From the NCBI GenBank assembly GCA_041391425.1, contig JAWKNZ010000011.1, forward strand, positions 8,743 through 72,742: a stretch of 64,000 nucleotides of DNA, written 5' to 3'. This stretch comes from Bdellovibrionota bacterium (lineage in GTDB: Bacteria > Bdellovibrionota_B > Oligoflexia > Oligoflexales > JAWKNZ01). Below are positions 55,042 through 64,000 of this stretch, one piece after another (positions within the stretch are counted from its first letter, which is position 1; the number at the start of each line of letters is the position of its first letter). The position numbers were made by a program, and so were the translations under genes. The notes beneath the pieces are model-generated. The model saw only the letters and a list, made by a program, of their open reading frames with translations, did not search any database and was not told where the DNA came from.

Positions 55042-55300
55042 ATGTATATTGATGATTTCTACTTTATACCCATAGAAACATAGCAAGCGGTCTTGTGATT
55101 GAAGGCGTTAATATTATTATTAAAATTGTACTTGTGTTGGTTTTTTATACCCGTCTATTTTTGTATCGCAATTTTAAAAAAGTTAAGTTAGCCTTAGCGG
55201 AGAGATTAAAAAATATGTTGTTGTAAACGAAGTCTTTTAAATGGCATAGCCGCTATGCTAATACTGTGGTTGTGACAGAAATGGAAAGGGGGGGCTTTTT

Positions 55301-56053
55301 ATGAAGATCTCAAAGCTAATCTGTATGGGGATTTTTGGGTGCTTGGTTAATCTTATTACTGCATGTGGTAGTGGTTCACATGATGGGAAAACGCAAAGCT
55401 ATGCGCAAAGGCCTATACCTATTATTTTTGGCTTTGCGGGGAATAATAGCTGTAACTCTGATGCTGGCGAATTGGGTTTTGATGGTATTTACGGGCAGAT
55501 ACTGGATTTACAGCGTAGATTGGTAGAAGAAGGGCATGCGGAAGTCGAATACTTCGTAACTTGTTATACAAATGGTGCTAATAAAATATCCTATCTAAAC
55601 TCTTGGGAACAAAGGCCTAAGCTTCTCCAGGAAGAAAGTGTGGTCCGAGAGAAAGTTTTTGAAAAATTACGATCATTGCACCATGCAAAGTCTTTAATGG
55701 TTGGACATTCTTATGGTGGCTGGCTAGCTATGTCTTTAGCTAAATCTTTGAGTGCTGAGGAAGAGCTAGGTTATTTTTATACTTTAGATCCTATTAGCAA
55801 GAAAAATTGTAATTTTTCTGACCTTGATGGTTGTAATGAAGCACCTCGTGATATCTTGCCAGAAATGAGAGAGCATATTGCTGTATCTACAGATGAGTGG
55901 AATAATTATTATCAAGATAATACTTGGTTCTTACATTCATCCGCTATAAGCCATGCAAGCTCTAATGTTAAACTTGCAGATGCCGATCATTTTGATATTG
56001 ATGAACATGGAGCAATATGGCAGGACATTTATGAGAAGACGCAATCGTTTTAG
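55301..56053 (+). CDS. Lipoprotein alpha/beta hydrolase
   Basis: Lipobox ITA-C; GHSYGG nucleophile elbow, TLDPIS, DHFDID. Confidence 0.8.
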   Translation: MKISKLICMGIFGCLVNLITACGSGSHDGKTQSYAQRPIPIIFGFAGNNSCNSDAGELGFDGIYGQILDLQRRLVEEGHAEVEYFVTCYTNGANKISYLNSWEQRPKLLQEESVVREKVFEKLRSLHHAKSLMVGHSYGGWLAMSLAKSLSAEEELGYFYTLDPISKKNCNFSDLDGCNEAPRDILPEMREHIAVSTDEWNNYYQDNTWFLHSSAISHASSNVKLADADHFDIDEHGAIWQDIYEKTQSF

Positions 56054-56913
56054 CGGCGTCTTCTTCTAAGCCAGTTTTTCATTCCTCCTGAACTGATGTA
56101 ACCCCAAGCCGTACCTGACAGCATTCCCATGATGTGTTGGGTATTGGCTACATTTCCGATAATTCCCACCCAGCAAATGACAAGCCAGATAAGCATAAAA
56201 AAGACGACCTGTTCATTAAGGATAAACCTGCTGGTAGGGCTGTGTTTGATATCCATCCAGATGAAACCTAGGAAACCGTATATAACTCCGGACATTCCTA
56301 GAAAGTTTGGTCCAGAAATGACGTATTGAGAAATGTTACAGATAATGCCAATGCTAACCATCATCACGATATAGTAACGGCTTCCTTTTATAGCTTCAAT
56401 CTGTCCTCCCAATTGATACAACCAGAGCATATTAAATAGCAAATGCCAAAAATCACCATGGAGAAAAATTGGAGTTATTAAACGCCAAATTTGTCCGGAA
56501 AAAATTGCTGGGAGAGAAAAGAACAGGCTTCCAACAATGTTCAAAAACATCTGATTACGAAGAAAAAGTGTTACAACACAAGAAAAAAAAATGATAGCTA
56601 GTGTAATATTTCCTGCACCTGTTTTGGTTGAACGATTGAAAACTTGTGTTCGCACGTCAATTTCTTTTACCTTAGTGATAGGTTTTTCTTTTGGTGCTTC
56701 AGCGTCGAAACGTTTCGCGGATGGATCCTTCAAAAAATCATTTAGAATATCCTTAGCAGCCTGCAATTTGTCATCATCCATAACCCAAAGACAGATGCTT
56801 GTGCTTTCATTGTTAGTAGTTTTTCTTAGCGTGCAATCAATATTATTTGCATGCAGATAGTTATTAAGTCGTGTTGCTGTTTTAGTATCTACTAACTCAG
56901 TTAGTTTGCGCAT
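56050..56913 (-). CDS. glpG: Rhomboid intramembrane serine protease (GlpG-like)
   Basis: WRLITPIFLH, HLLFNMLW, GMSGVIYG, ANTQHIMG; N-terminal cytoplasmic domain. Confidence 0.88.
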   Translation of the reverse strand: MRKLTELVDTKTATRLNNYLHANNIDCTLRKTTNNESTSICLWVMDDDKLQAAKDILNDFLKDPSAKRFDAEAPKEKPITKVKEIDVRTQVFNRSTKTGAGNITLAIIFFSCVVTLFLRNQMFLNIVGSLFFSLPAIFSGQIWRLITPIFLHGDFWHLLFNMLWLYQLGGQIEAIKGSRYYIVMMVSIGIICNISQYVISGPNFLGMSGVIYGFLGFIWMDIKHSPTSRFILNEQVVFFMLIWLVICWVGIIGNVANTQHIMGMLSGTAWGYISSGGMKNWLRRRRR

Positions 56914-57240
56914 TATTTCTCCTGGCACTGTTTTTTATGCAAGTCCAATTAAAATTATGTGTATGACTGTATCTTGTTTTTTGTGCGAGCCTAGATCATC
57001 TTACTTGTGACCTTATGTTGGATCTACTGCAAATTAAAAAATCCCTTAAATATAGTCTACTATGTCTGAGGCAAGGTAATCTACCTCGTAAATACTTTCT
57101 AGGAAAGGGTGCTTATTTATTACTTTGTATATATTTCCAACTGAAACAAAATTTTGGCTTGAGAGTTGTTCAAAAATAGGGTATCGCAGTGGCCTGCTTT
57201 TTTTGATAACCAGAGATGTGAGGTTGTTTTGGCTGGTAAA

Positions 57241-57864
57241 ATGCCTAAATGTAGCGATTGCCACATGTTGCAGCCTCTGTGTTTGTGTCAAGAGTTTGTA
57301 AAAATAGCTAATAAGGCAAAGCTTGTTTTGCTAATCCATCGTAGCGAGCTTCATAAAACTTCGAATTCAGGGCGGCTTGCCTGCTCATCGTTGAAAAATC
57401 AAGAAATGCATATTGTCGGGGATGAGGTGAAACCTGTCAATTGGCAGGATTTATATCTTTCCGATTACGAAAATTTATTGTTGTTTCCTAGTGAAGAAGC
57501 CAGAGTTCTTTCAGATGAGTATGTTGAAACATTACAAAAGCCTGTACGTCTTATTGTTCTAGATGGAAATTGGGGACAGGCGACACGCATGCATCGGCGG
57601 ATTAAGAAAGCTAATATTGCATTTAAACATGTAACCCTTCCTCGAGGGAATCCATCGGAATACCGTTTACGCACTGCTCCTGAACGCCCGCAAGGATTAT
57701 CTACCCTTGAGGCAATTGCTCGAGCGTTAAGTATTTTAGATGGCGATAAGAATATTATGAGCCATTTAATGCAAATCTTTAGGATTATGGTTACACGAAA
57801 TCTTTTTGCTCGTGGTAAGCTTTCGCGTGACAAAGTCATTGGCCCTGCATTTGAATGGCCTTGA
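57241..57864 (+). CDS. DTW domain tRNA-uridine aminocarboxypropyltransferase
   Basis: CSDC...LCLC, KTSNSG, LLFPS, VLDGNWGQA, LSTLEAI. Confidence 0.85.
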   Translation: MPKCSDCHMLQPLCLCQEFVKIANKAKLVLLIHRSELHKTSNSGRLACSSLKNQEMHIVGDEVKPVNWQDLYLSDYENLLLFPSEEARVLSDEYVETLQKPVRLIVLDGNWGQATRMHRRIKKANIAFKHVTLPRGNPSEYRLRTAPERPQGLSTLEAIARALSILDGDKNIMSHLMQIFRIMVTRNLFARGKLSRDKVIGPAFEWP

Positions 57865-59820
57865 GTTGCTTTTAAGTTTTTCCTTCTCTGCAGCAGCCGA
57901 AGGAAAATAACTGTCTTTGATTCCTAAGCTATGGCCACCTGCAATTATAGTTCCTAATTCATCCACCGAGTATATACTATCTGGAAGGTTTAGCGATTTT
58001 TGTAATTTTTTCATTGTTTGAGGAACAAAAGGATAGAGCATGATGACTAGGTTTTTTAAAATGTAAAAGCAAGAAAATAATGCATCTCGTCTTTGCTCTT
58101 CAGGAAATCGGTCATCATGTGGTTTAAACTGGGCGAAAAGGCTATTAATGGTCCTTGCATAGTTTTCGATGGCATAAAGTAGTTTCGAAAATTCGGCTCT
58201 TTCCATTCCTTTTATATACCTTTGGACGATTTTATACGTTTCCGTTTCAGTTTTTTCCATAAGTTTTCCGTTTGGGACCTTGCCTCCAAACTGAGAGTAG
58301 GCTGCCGATATAGGTTTTTCGAAAGCAGCATTCATAGGGCCGGCTAAAAATTGATTTCTTTCATCTAGATGCGATAGTTCAAAATTTGATGATTTTTCTG
58401 AAAGGCTTAGAAGGGCAAAATAATAACGAATTTGTTCAGGGTGATAACCTTTTTGATGGATTAGCTCGTCAGCAAGAATAAAGTTACCTTTGCTTTTGCT
58501 CATCTTCTCTCCATTTAAATGTAAATGGTACGCGCCAATAATTTCAGTCAATTGTAGTTCGTTAGGCTTAGGAAGATGCATGGGATCATCTTGATGCCCT
58601 AACCATAGTGCCCCTTGCATGAGGACATAAAAAAAGACATTGTCTTGTCCCAGGAATTGATAGATGCGGGCATTCTCATTGCACCAATAGTCTTTGTAAG
58701 CAGAGGCATTCTGCTCTTTTTTCTGCAGAGCTATTTTAGTAAATGAAATTGGAGCTATGAGGGAGTCTGGCCACACATATAATGTTTTACCGTCCATTTC
58801 TGAGTCAATGCCAGTAGGAACCGGAATACCCCAGGGGACATCACGGGTGATAGAACGGTATGCCCAGCTGTCTATTAATGTGGTTTTTATCCCGTTTTCT
58901 TCAACAAAAGTACGTGCTTGTTCTAGATCCGGTATGGAGAAAAATTGTGCTACAATTTGCTTACCTGGAGCATAGCGGCGTTTGTGTTTAGGAAGTTGTG
59001 CTTGAATTTTTTTAAATTCTTCTTCGTCGCTACTGGAAAAAGCGAAGCATGGAAGTACCGTATTGATTACCTCGTTGTAAACGCCTTTACGCCATACACT
59101 TTTTTTGGTTTCAATCCATTGGCGTAAAAGATCGGATACCTTCCACATGTCTAGCCACCAGTGTTTGGTGTCTTTCAAGAGGGGGGTCTGATCACTTAGA
59201 TTGCTACGTGGGTTTAATAGCTCTTCAGGTTCAAATGAATGTCCGCACAAGCTGCACTCATCACCAAAAGCATCGGGGTTGTCGCATTCTGGGTTAGGGC
59301 AGGTCCCTTGAACATAACGGTCTGGTAAAAATCGCTTTATTCCAGGATCGAACCATTGTTTGCTTGTGCGCTTTTGTAGCATGTTATTTCTGTAAAGCTT
59401 CTGCAAGAACTCTTGACAAAGTTCTTTATGAGTTTGGTATGTTTCTGGGGCTGAAGTTCCTGTATAGTTATCTATACAAATGCCATATTCTTGCAGAGTT
59501 TTACTCTGTTGTTGTCTAATACCACTGATATAATCCTGGACTTCAATTCCTTGTTTGATCGCGGCAACTTCGCTATTTGATCCGTGGTCATCGGTACCAC
59601 AAACAAAAAGGACATTGTCTTCTCCAATTAACATTTTTAACCAGCGGCTATAAATATCAGCTGGTACGTGAACCCCGGCTAAGTGTCCGACATGGAGTGG
59701 AGCATTTGCATATGGCATGCCTGCCGTAACAAGTGCTTTTTCAGGGCGTTTTATACGACTCAGCAGCGTTTTAATTGTCTGATCATTATGATTATTTTTT
59801 TTTGTCGTTTTGTCGTTCAT
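57766..59820 (-). CDS. metG: Methionine--tRNA ligase
   Basis: PYANAPLHVGH, GTDDHG, Zn knuckle CPNPEC...CSLC, ITRDVPWGIPVP, KMSKS. Confidence 0.93.
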   Translation of the reverse strand: MNDKTTKKNNHNDQTIKTLLSRIKRPEKALVTAGMPYANAPLHVGHLAGVHVPADIYSRWLKMLIGEDNVLFVCGTDDHGSNSEVAAIKQGIEVQDYISGIRQQQSKTLQEYGICIDNYTGTSAPETYQTHKELCQEFLQKLYRNNMLQKRTSKQWFDPGIKRFLPDRYVQGTCPNPECDNPDAFGDECSLCGHSFEPEELLNPRSNLSDQTPLLKDTKHWWLDMWKVSDLLRQWIETKKSVWRKGVYNEVINTVLPCFAFSSSDEEEFKKIQAQLPKHKRRYAPGKQIVAQFFSIPDLEQARTFVEENGIKTTLIDSWAYRSITRDVPWGIPVPTGIDSEMDGKTLYVWPDSLIAPISFTKIALQKKEQNASAYKDYWCNENARIYQFLGQDNVFFYVLMQGALWLGHQDDPMHLPKPNELQLTEIIGAYHLHLNGEKMSKSKGNFILADELIHQKGYHPEQIRYYFALLSLSEKSSNFELSHLDERNQFLAGPMNAAFEKPISAAYSQFGGKVPNGKLMEKTETETYKIVQRYIKGMERAEFSKLLYAIENYARTINSLFAQFKPHDDRFPEEQRRDALFSCFYILKNLVIMLYPFVPQTMKKLQKSLNLPDSIYSVDELGTIIAGGHSLGIKDSYFPSAAAEKEKLKSNSRPFKCRANDFVTRKLTTSKKISCNHNPKDLH

Positions 59821-60354
59821 TAAGATAACTTTCTATCAACCTTTCGTTATTATCGCTTATTGTTTTTTAAGAGTCTTTTTAAATAAGTTTACTTTAAGAG
59901 CAGTCTAACATACAGGATACATAGAGCGTTAAGAAAAAAGCAGTGGGTTAATCCTAATATAAAGGTACTTTTTTCTGAAATAGCGTCGAAATTATGCATA
60001 TTAGCAGCTTCTCAGTGACAAAGGCCATCATCTTTATAGCTCAAACCTCTATGATAAGGTATTGGCTTTTGCAAAAAAGCTATTATCTTATTTTCTTTAT
60101 TAATTACAAATGGTTATTGGAGTGTTGGTTGAGGTTAGGCTAACTTACGATCCCTTTATTCCGAAGAGAATTTATAATTTGACTTTATTAAAGGGAGAAA
60201 TCTATCGTGGCAATTTGCCTTCTTTGGTTGATTGCTAAAAAGCTAGCATGTGCACATATGCTATTCATTTTTGGTGCATTGCTATCTCGTGAGTGTTGCT
60301 CTCTCTAATACATTGATAATCCAGCCATTAACCATTTAAAGGAGCAATGTACGT

Positions 60355-62010
60355 ATGATCATTTTTAAAAAGCCCTCGTTAATCATAGCTCTCATATCTT
60401 TATTGAGCTTAGGGCAAGCTTGTAAAAAAGATAGTAGCGATGATTCAGATGATCCCTCTAAAGATACGGAGATCCCGGTAGATACGGGTAAGTTGGCATT
60501 ATCTGGAAACCAACTTGCGGCTGCATATCCAGAGGGGTTAATGGTAACAGCGTTACCACAATCAGTAGATGCTACACCAGGAGAAGCTGGTGCTGGAACT
60601 ATTTCAGTAGCGGCTGGGTTGACAGGCAGGTATTCTCTTAGCGGCAACAACAGATTGAATTTACAAGGTGGTGAGGCTGACTTTAAAACGCATCCAAAAG
60701 AAGCACTTCTCGAGCAGCAAGAGCGTTTAAAAGGAGAAGGTGAATGCTTCTCTACAGGGTCTTTAATGAATCTTAGCTTTGAGAATAAGATTAAAGATAT
60801 TTGCTTTGGCTTTGATTACGGTATTATCGCAGGCACTGAAAAAGGAACTTTGGATATAGGGCGTGTGAATCCCGCTATCGAATCATCAGATAAAACCTTG
60901 TCAGGAGTGCTTAGCGCTTTGATGAGTGCTGATGGGTTTTCAGCATCGCAAACGAGTGAAGCCTGTATGGTAGTGAAAGGACGGGAAAATGTTTCTGATG
61001 CTTCTGCAAAACTTAATGCGGCATTAGAGCTTTTTCAGGGGATGTTATGCCAAGCAAAGAAAGATGGGTTGGCAGAAGAATTACCTGAGATCGGAAAATC
61101 TATCGACCTATTATCGGTATTTACAGCTGTGAATGATGATCCGATGGCGGATGTAACTGCTGCTTCAATGTCGCGGCTTGAAGCGAGCAGTGGAGAACTA
61201 GTTTATCAAACTGAAATTACTTTAAAGTTTGCACAAGCAAATCAATCGTCAGGTGAATATAAATTTACCCTAAAACATGCTCCGTCAGCTGAAGGAAACG
61301 ATGCCTATCATGGAGTCTTGCAAATTGAATCTGATCGCATCAATGATCAAAATCAGGAAACTTATGCTGTTTTAACATCAATGGTCTATGAAAAATCGGG
61401 TACAACGGCTGAGGACCAAAAATTGAAATTTGAGGTGCGTAATGCCTCATTTAATTCAGATCGCTTAGATCCTACAACTTTTTGGCAAGAAGATGGAAGG
61501 GTTGAATTTAATCCGGGAGCTGATGCAAATGGTGATTTTGGACCAGGCCAGGCAAATGATTATGCAGGGGGTCTTGGATATTTTGCCTTTGATGTCAATC
61601 CATCAAATTATGCGGGTGAAATTAGTTTTTGGGTGAATCCAGGAGGCTCTTATGGTGAAAGAGCCAGAGGCTTTATTTTCAAAACTAGTCAAAATGAAAC
61701 AGATGGAACTTTAAGTGGCTGTGCATGGGCTGGAGCTATGGAAAGCAGCATTCGTTCTGCTGATCGTGGTGAAAATGAATTTGTACCAACTGGTTGTTAT
61801 ACCCCACAAATTTCAGATGGTGTCTGTGGAACTCAATCTGACAATACTGGCCCAAATGTTTGGAAGCAATGTTTTGTTCAAAACGCACAAGGGCAATATG
61901 ATTTGGATGCAGACAATATTGACGATGATCAAGCAGGTTATGATGTGTTGTCTGGGCCACCTAATGACATGCCAAATGTTGACTTGTCTGATATTGCAGT
62001 TTTTCAATAG
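60355..62010 (+). CDS. Large acidic hypothetical lipoprotein
   Basis: Lipobox GQA-C, AGGAG SD, 551 aa with several Cys; no family recognised. Confidence 0.8.
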   Translation: MIIFKKPSLIIALISLLSLGQACKKDSSDDSDDPSKDTEIPVDTGKLALSGNQLAAAYPEGLMVTALPQSVDATPGEAGAGTISVAAGLTGRYSLSGNNRLNLQGGEADFKTHPKEALLEQQERLKGEGECFSTGSLMNLSFENKIKDICFGFDYGIIAGTEKGTLDIGRVNPAIESSDKTLSGVLSALMSADGFSASQTSEACMVVKGRENVSDASAKLNAALELFQGMLCQAKKDGLAEELPEIGKSIDLLSVFTAVNDDPMADVTAASMSRLEASSGELVYQTEITLKFAQANQSSGEYKFTLKHAPSAEGNDAYHGVLQIESDRINDQNQETYAVLTSMVYEKSGTTAEDQKLKFEVRNASFNSDRLDPTTFWQEDGRVEFNPGADANGDFGPGQANDYAGGLGYFAFDVNPSNYAGEISFWVNPGGSYGERARGFIFKTSQNETDGTLSGCAWAGAMESSIRSADRGENEFVPTGCYTPQISDGVCGTQSDNTGPNVWKQCFVQNAQGQYDLDADNIDDDQAGYDVLSGPPNDMPNVDLSDIAVFQ

Positions 62011-62035
62011 TGTAAGAAATTTGGATTTTTAAAAT

Positions 62036-62072
62036 AAAAGGAGCTAGCTTACTGAAAAGTTAGCTCCTTTTT
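62036..62072. terminator. Bidirectional intrinsic terminator
   Basis: AAAAGGAGCTAGCTT-actgaa-AAGTTAGCTCCTTTTT between convergent genes. Confidence 0.8.
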
Positions 62073-62080
62073 CTAATTAT

Positions 62081-62578
62081 CTAGTTTTTAATACAGACAG
62101 TGCCTCCAATAGATGTAAGCGTGGAGTAGTTGGGATTTGTCGGATTTACTTTAAATCCTGAGCCTATCGGATTGCAATATGCACCTCTATAAGATGATGC
62201 TCGACATTCCATTTTATAAGGTTGATTATATTCAGTCCCTTGCCCATCACTTAGCCCAGTGACAATTTTATTACTTTTATAATAATCAAGCTGTATTTGG
62301 TAAAAATTAGAGGCCCAAGAACGGCATGCCTCTACGCACTCTTCGATGCTTCCCGATACCCAGGCCCAGGCTGAATTTCCATTGGCGCTGACATCAATTT
62401 TATCTTTCCAGATAAAGCATTTTCCTGGGGCGGACGAATCATGGATCCTTGGCGCATGGTTATTATCTTTGACAGCATTCCACTCTCCCGCTTTGGCATC
62501 AGATCCACTTAAAGCAACACCAGCCATAATGTTTAAAATAACTATAATTAAAAACCTCATAAGAAACCTCGTAAACAT
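62081..62578 (-). CDS. Secreted Cys-rich hypothetical protein (paralogue of the adjacent gene)
   Basis: Signal peptide; 6 Cys; shares a domain with 62629-63135. Confidence 0.7.
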   Translation of the reverse strand: MFTRFLMRFLIIVILNIMAGVALSGSDAKAGEWNAVKDNNHAPRIHDSSAPGKCFIWKDKIDVSANGNSAWAWVSGSIEECVEACRSWASNFYQIQLDYYKSNKIVTGLSDGQGTEYNQPYKMECRASSYRGAYCNPIGSGFKVNPTNPNYSTLTSIGGTVCIKN

Positions 62579-62628
62579 ATTTTTCTAATTATTGGAAAAT
62601 TATTATCACTAAATCTAGTGCGGTTTAG

Positions 62629-63135
62629 TTAGAGTATTGCTCGGCAAATGTACTCAAATGGCATACCGTCTATTGAGCTTTTTTTGTCAATTAAGGTCTT
62701 GTAAAATCTAGCTACAGAATTGCAAGCTTCAGCACAATCATTTCGATTTCCTGAGGCCCACCCTAAAGTCGTTTTATGGGCTATTATAATTTTCCAAACC
62801 TTGCAGCCTTTAACCTCTAATGGATTTCCTCTATTATTTGACTTCGCACTCCAGACTTCATCTTTGTCGGCTGTCGCTTTTTCATCTTCGTTGAGAAATA
62901 ATGCTTTTGGGTCAACTTTTGTGGTGGTGTCTACCTGCGATTCTCGTTGTTTTTCTGGTATGGCGTCTTGCTGCCGCTTATCTTCTTTTTCTACTGCTGA
63001 TGATGATCTAGGGGTGACTTCATGGTTTTTGGTCTTTAATGAGCAGGCAGATATAACCATCAGAATAATAAAGCCATTTAATATATTGAAGTTATGCGTT
63101 GTCATAGGTTTCTCCCCTTCTGTTATAAATTGCAC
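62629..63135 (-). CDS. Lipoprotein with C-terminal 4-Cys domain
   Basis: Lipobox ISA-C, charged linker; likely start MTTHN after the GGGGAG SD. Confidence 0.7.
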   Translation of the reverse strand: MQFITEGEKPMTTHNFNILNGFIILMVISACSLKTKNHEVTPRSSSAVEKEDKRQQDAIPEKQRESQVDTTTKVDPKALFLNEDEKATADKDEVWSAKSNNRGNPLEVKGCKVWKIIIAHKTTLGWASGNRNDCAEACNSVARFYKTLIDKKSSIDGMPFEYICRAIL

Positions 63136-63430
63136 GTTCGCAGTCTAACGGTATGGATTTACATGTTTGAATAACTTTTTAAAAAGCGTTCATACCAAAG
63201 GTGCAGTCTGTCGATACGTGTTAGGCCATCTGCTTGTAGGTAGCTGTTTATCTCCATAATCATTTGATTATTGAGGAATTTTTTTGCCCTTAGCTTAAAT
63301 AAATTATCAATTTTCCAATTTAATTGAGTTAACTCTAATGATCTCTATCGGTAGCGACTTCGGTATATTTTAATGATAGTTGTTATGTAAGTAATACTAC
63401 TTAATTACAGGCTTTGATATTTTGCAGGAT

Positions 63431-64000
63431 TTATTTTTGAGATAGGATATCGAATGCTGTTTGGGCTAAAGATTGCACTGATGGTGTATATGTCTGGCGG
63501 CATTCTAAAAAATAATCTTTTGCAATTTCCATAGTTGTCGAGCCAATTGCAACTGCAATAAGTTGGTGCGAAAGTCCATTTTCATTAGGTGTCAGATATG
63601 AGCAAAATCCTTTCACAGCTGAAGGGCTTGCGAAGCAAACGACTCCATAGGCCTTCTTGAGTTCGTTGATTTCTTTTTCTGTCAAAGGTGAGCCATCTGC
63701 TCCTCTTAATCCATGTGACGTCTCGTATAAATCCACCGGGAAATATTGATAACCAGAGCTTTTGAATAAATTTTCTGCATCAAACGCCCTTACTTTCGGG
63801 CCAGGGGCAAAAATTTGTATACTTTTATTGTGCTCATTTAAAAGTAGCTCGTCAGCTAGTTCACGCATGTTTTGGTAAGGTGAAGAAATAACAGGAGGAG
63901 TAATAGCTAAATGCAGTGATTGTATAGTTTTAGCGGTGCTTTCTCCTATGCAATATATTTTCCTTGAGCTTGCTAATATCTGAGTAAGAAGAGGAATTTT
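63431..64000 (-). CDS. hemD: Uroporphyrinogen-III synthase (5' part outside the window; probable frameshift near 63870)
   Basis: LYET, FASPSAVKGF, VAIGSTT; upstream fragment YCIGESTA in another frame. Confidence 0.75.
   Translation of the reverse strand, partial: KIPLLTQILASSRKIYCIGESTAKTIQSLHLAITPPVISSPYQNMRELADELLLNEHNKSIQIFAPGPKVRAFDAENLFKSSGYQYFPVDLYETSHGLRGADGSPLTEKEINELKKAYGVVCFASPSAVKGFCSYLTPNENGLSHQLIAVAIGSTTMEIAKDYFLECRQTYTPSVQSLAQTAFDILSQK

Overview
AT-rich bacterial chromosomal window. Gene content (many lipoproteins and Cys-rich secreted proteins, ccmF/ccmH, long phenylalanine hydroxylase, Tat-type intradiol dioxygenase) suggests a Bdellovibrionota/Oligoflexia-like organism; this is an inference. 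It holds mostly housekeeping and envelope genes: nnrS, mscS, an RND/MFP/TolC pump, fabH, rlmN, mtaB, ccm genes, era, alaS, htpX, rsmB, rpsA, a dnaJ-class chaperone, recJ, an HD-GYP protein, nadC, a birA-coaX fusion, glpG, a DTW protein, metG and hemD. About 11 genes are broken by small indels, which look like long-read consensus errors rather than real pseudogenes. No rRNA, tRNA, CRISPR array or transposase was seen. The most striking unannotated signal is a dense set of miniature inverted-repeat elements in three families. Family A (8 loci, ~163 bp) has imperfect CCCGGATC/CCGGGATC ends and mostly 6-bp target duplications. Family B (5 loci, ~179 bp) has 21-bp TIRs and TA duplication in YTAR. 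Family C (4 loci) is up to ~117 bp. A and B have unrelated termini yet share the same internal bulged hairpin (CC-GNA-G(G)TGTAC-loop-GTACA(T)T-GA-GG-A), and one B copy sits in the hairpin loop of a C copy. Other highlights: a 1167-aa diheme hydrazine-synthase-alpha-like secreted protein with an (NET)n tail followed by an FN3-like lipoprotein, and two adjacent secreted paralogues sharing an unrecognised 4-Cys domain.
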